A stretch of DNA of 64,000 bases from an uncultured Rhodospirillaceae bacterium (GTDB lineage: Bacteria; Pseudomonadota; Alphaproteobacteria; UBA8366): NCBI GenBank assembly GCA_964408805.1, contig CAYPAV010000001.1, forward strand, positions 606,024 through 670,023, read 5' to 3'. The notes beneath the pieces were generated by a model. The model was not told the origin of the DNA and ran no database searches. It saw only the letters and a program-made list of their open reading frames with translations. Below are positions 63,223 through 64,000 of this stretch, piece after piece; positions within the stretch are counted from its first letter, which is position 1, and every line of letters starts with the position of its first letter. A program made the translations under genes and the position numbers.

Positions 63223-63633
63223 TTAGTGAATCGTCCAGCCGCCGCGCGGCGTCCGGCAGGCGGTTCCGTAGTAGCTCCGCCGACCATCCTTGAGCCTTAC
63301 CGATTGGCGGACCTTGCGGCAATGAGAGGCCGCGCGTTGTCGCCGATGATGGGTGCGCGGCCGGTCCGCGGACGCGCGCTGATGAAGCTTGTCGGCGCGA
63401 TCCAGCGAGCGCCCGAAATCATTGCCGATCGCCGCTCCGGCGACGGCGCCGATGGCGGTGGCGGCGAGCTGTCCGCGACCGGAACCGATCTGCGAGCCGG
63501 CGAATGCGCCCAAGCCCGCGCCGAGCAGCGTCCCGCCGGTCTGCTTCGGTCCCGCCGTCCCTTGATAGCAACCGGCGAGGGCAGTGAGCAGGGCGGCGGC
63601 GAGAAAGGGTTGGATTCTGTGTCGAAGGGACAT
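63223..63633 (-). CDS. Glycine-zipper lipoprotein (17-kDa surface antigen family)
   Basis: 136 aa with lipobox LTALAGC and the glycine zipper GAGLGAFAGSQIGSGRGQLAATAIGAVAGAAIG. The C-terminal YGTACRTPRGGW is typical of the family. Confidence 0.8.
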   Translation of the reverse strand: MSLRHRIQPFLAAALLTALAGCYQGTAGPKQTGGTLLGAGLGAFAGSQIGSGRGQLAATAIGAVAGAAIGNDFGRSLDRADKLHQRASADRPRTHHRRQRAASHCRKVRQSVRLKDGRRSYYGTACRTPRGGWTIH

Positions 63634-63669
63634 CTTGGTTCTCCTCGATAAAGGGTTGTCTCTTGGTGC

Positions 63670-64000
63670 CTAGCGGCGTGCGATCGTATAGCGACGACCC
63701 CGGCGGTCATGGCAGACCAGCTTCTGGACACGATGCCGGTAGCCGTAACCGTCGATCACGATGCGCGTGACCCGGCGGCAGTCGCGGCCCCTTGTGCGGC
63801 CCCAATCGCGGCCATGGGGGCGGCCACGGTAACCGATGTGGCGGCGGTGACCCCGATGCATCTTGGGAAGAGGACGGGGCTGATGGCGGCGATAATGGTT
63901 CCGATTGGGCCGGTGATGGTTGGGCAGACCAAACAGGTCGCGAACGATGCGGCGGACCAGACGATGGGTATTGCGGTCGCCATGTTCGGCTTGGACGGTT
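63670..64000 (-). CDS. Possible Arg/His-rich basic protein, 5' end outside the window
   Basis: The frame of track ORF 63670..63861 stays open to the window edge. The product is ...NHYRRHQPRPLPKMHRGHRRHIGYRGRPHGR...CRRVTRIVIDGYGYRHRVQKLVCHDRRGRRY. Third-position G+C is only moderate and a competing frame exists (63756..63983). Confidence 0.3.
   Translation of the reverse strand, partial: TVQAEHGDRNTHRLVRRIVRDLFGLPNHHRPNRNHYRRHQPRPLPKMHRGHRRHIGYRGRPHGRDWGRTRGRDCRRVTRIVIDGYGYRHRVQKLVCHDRRGRRYTIARR

Noticed and set aside
63756-63983. A 75-aa minus-strand ORF (MATAIPIVWSAASF...).
   Set aside because: Its Ala/Thr/Ser/Pro-rich composition looks like an off-frame product, with no ribosome-binding site or family resemblance. 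It is kept only as a competing frame for the uncertain 63670-64000 call.

Overview
This is a GC-rich chromosomal segment, roughly two-thirds G+C judged by eye rather than computed. Its gene content and order look alphaproteobacterial (Rhodospirillales/Rhizobiales-like). About two thirds of it is core housekeeping. That part comprises sdhCDAB, zapE-mdh-sucCDAB with a displaced lpdA, a tal-DUF484-xerC operon divergent from priA, and atpHAGDC. It also comprises asd, leuC-(small ORF)-leuD-leuB, ffh-rpsP-rimM-trmD-rplS, dapF-mtaB-ftsY, and yciB convergent with pgk. Three stretches look accessory. The first (about 3.9-11.5 kb) holds PaiB-like, GNAT, EctD-like dioxygenase, vWA lipoprotein, homoserine-dehydrogenase-like oxidoreductase, Tat-exported flavin amine oxidase and an OMP. 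The second (20.9-23.5 kb) is an opposite-strand DUF350 / trypsin-like protease / NupC operon that splits sucB from lpdA. The third (51-60.3 kb) mixes signalling and redox genes: a QueG-like Fe-S protein coupled to a degenerate adenylation-like protein, an orphan CheZ-like phosphatase, a 3-His cupin next to an atypical acyl-CoA dehydrogenase, a class III cyclase, an LLM oxidoreductase and a REC-HPt hybrid. I found no rRNA, tRNA, CRISPR array, transposase or integrase other than xerC, and no prophage genes. No single element is convincingly a new defence-type or mobile system. The most unusual items are the 51-60 kb island and its gene pairs, a cluster of DnaA-box-like sites upstream of sdhC, and two unlisted or embedded small ORFs (58 aa secreted; 70 aa between leuC and leuD). 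Others are an XRE regulator that appears to need a non-canonical start codon, and acidic repeat tails on S16 and L19. Most other long ORFs in the track are antisense shadow ORFs typical of high-GC DNA. All homology statements come from motif recognition by eye, not database searches.
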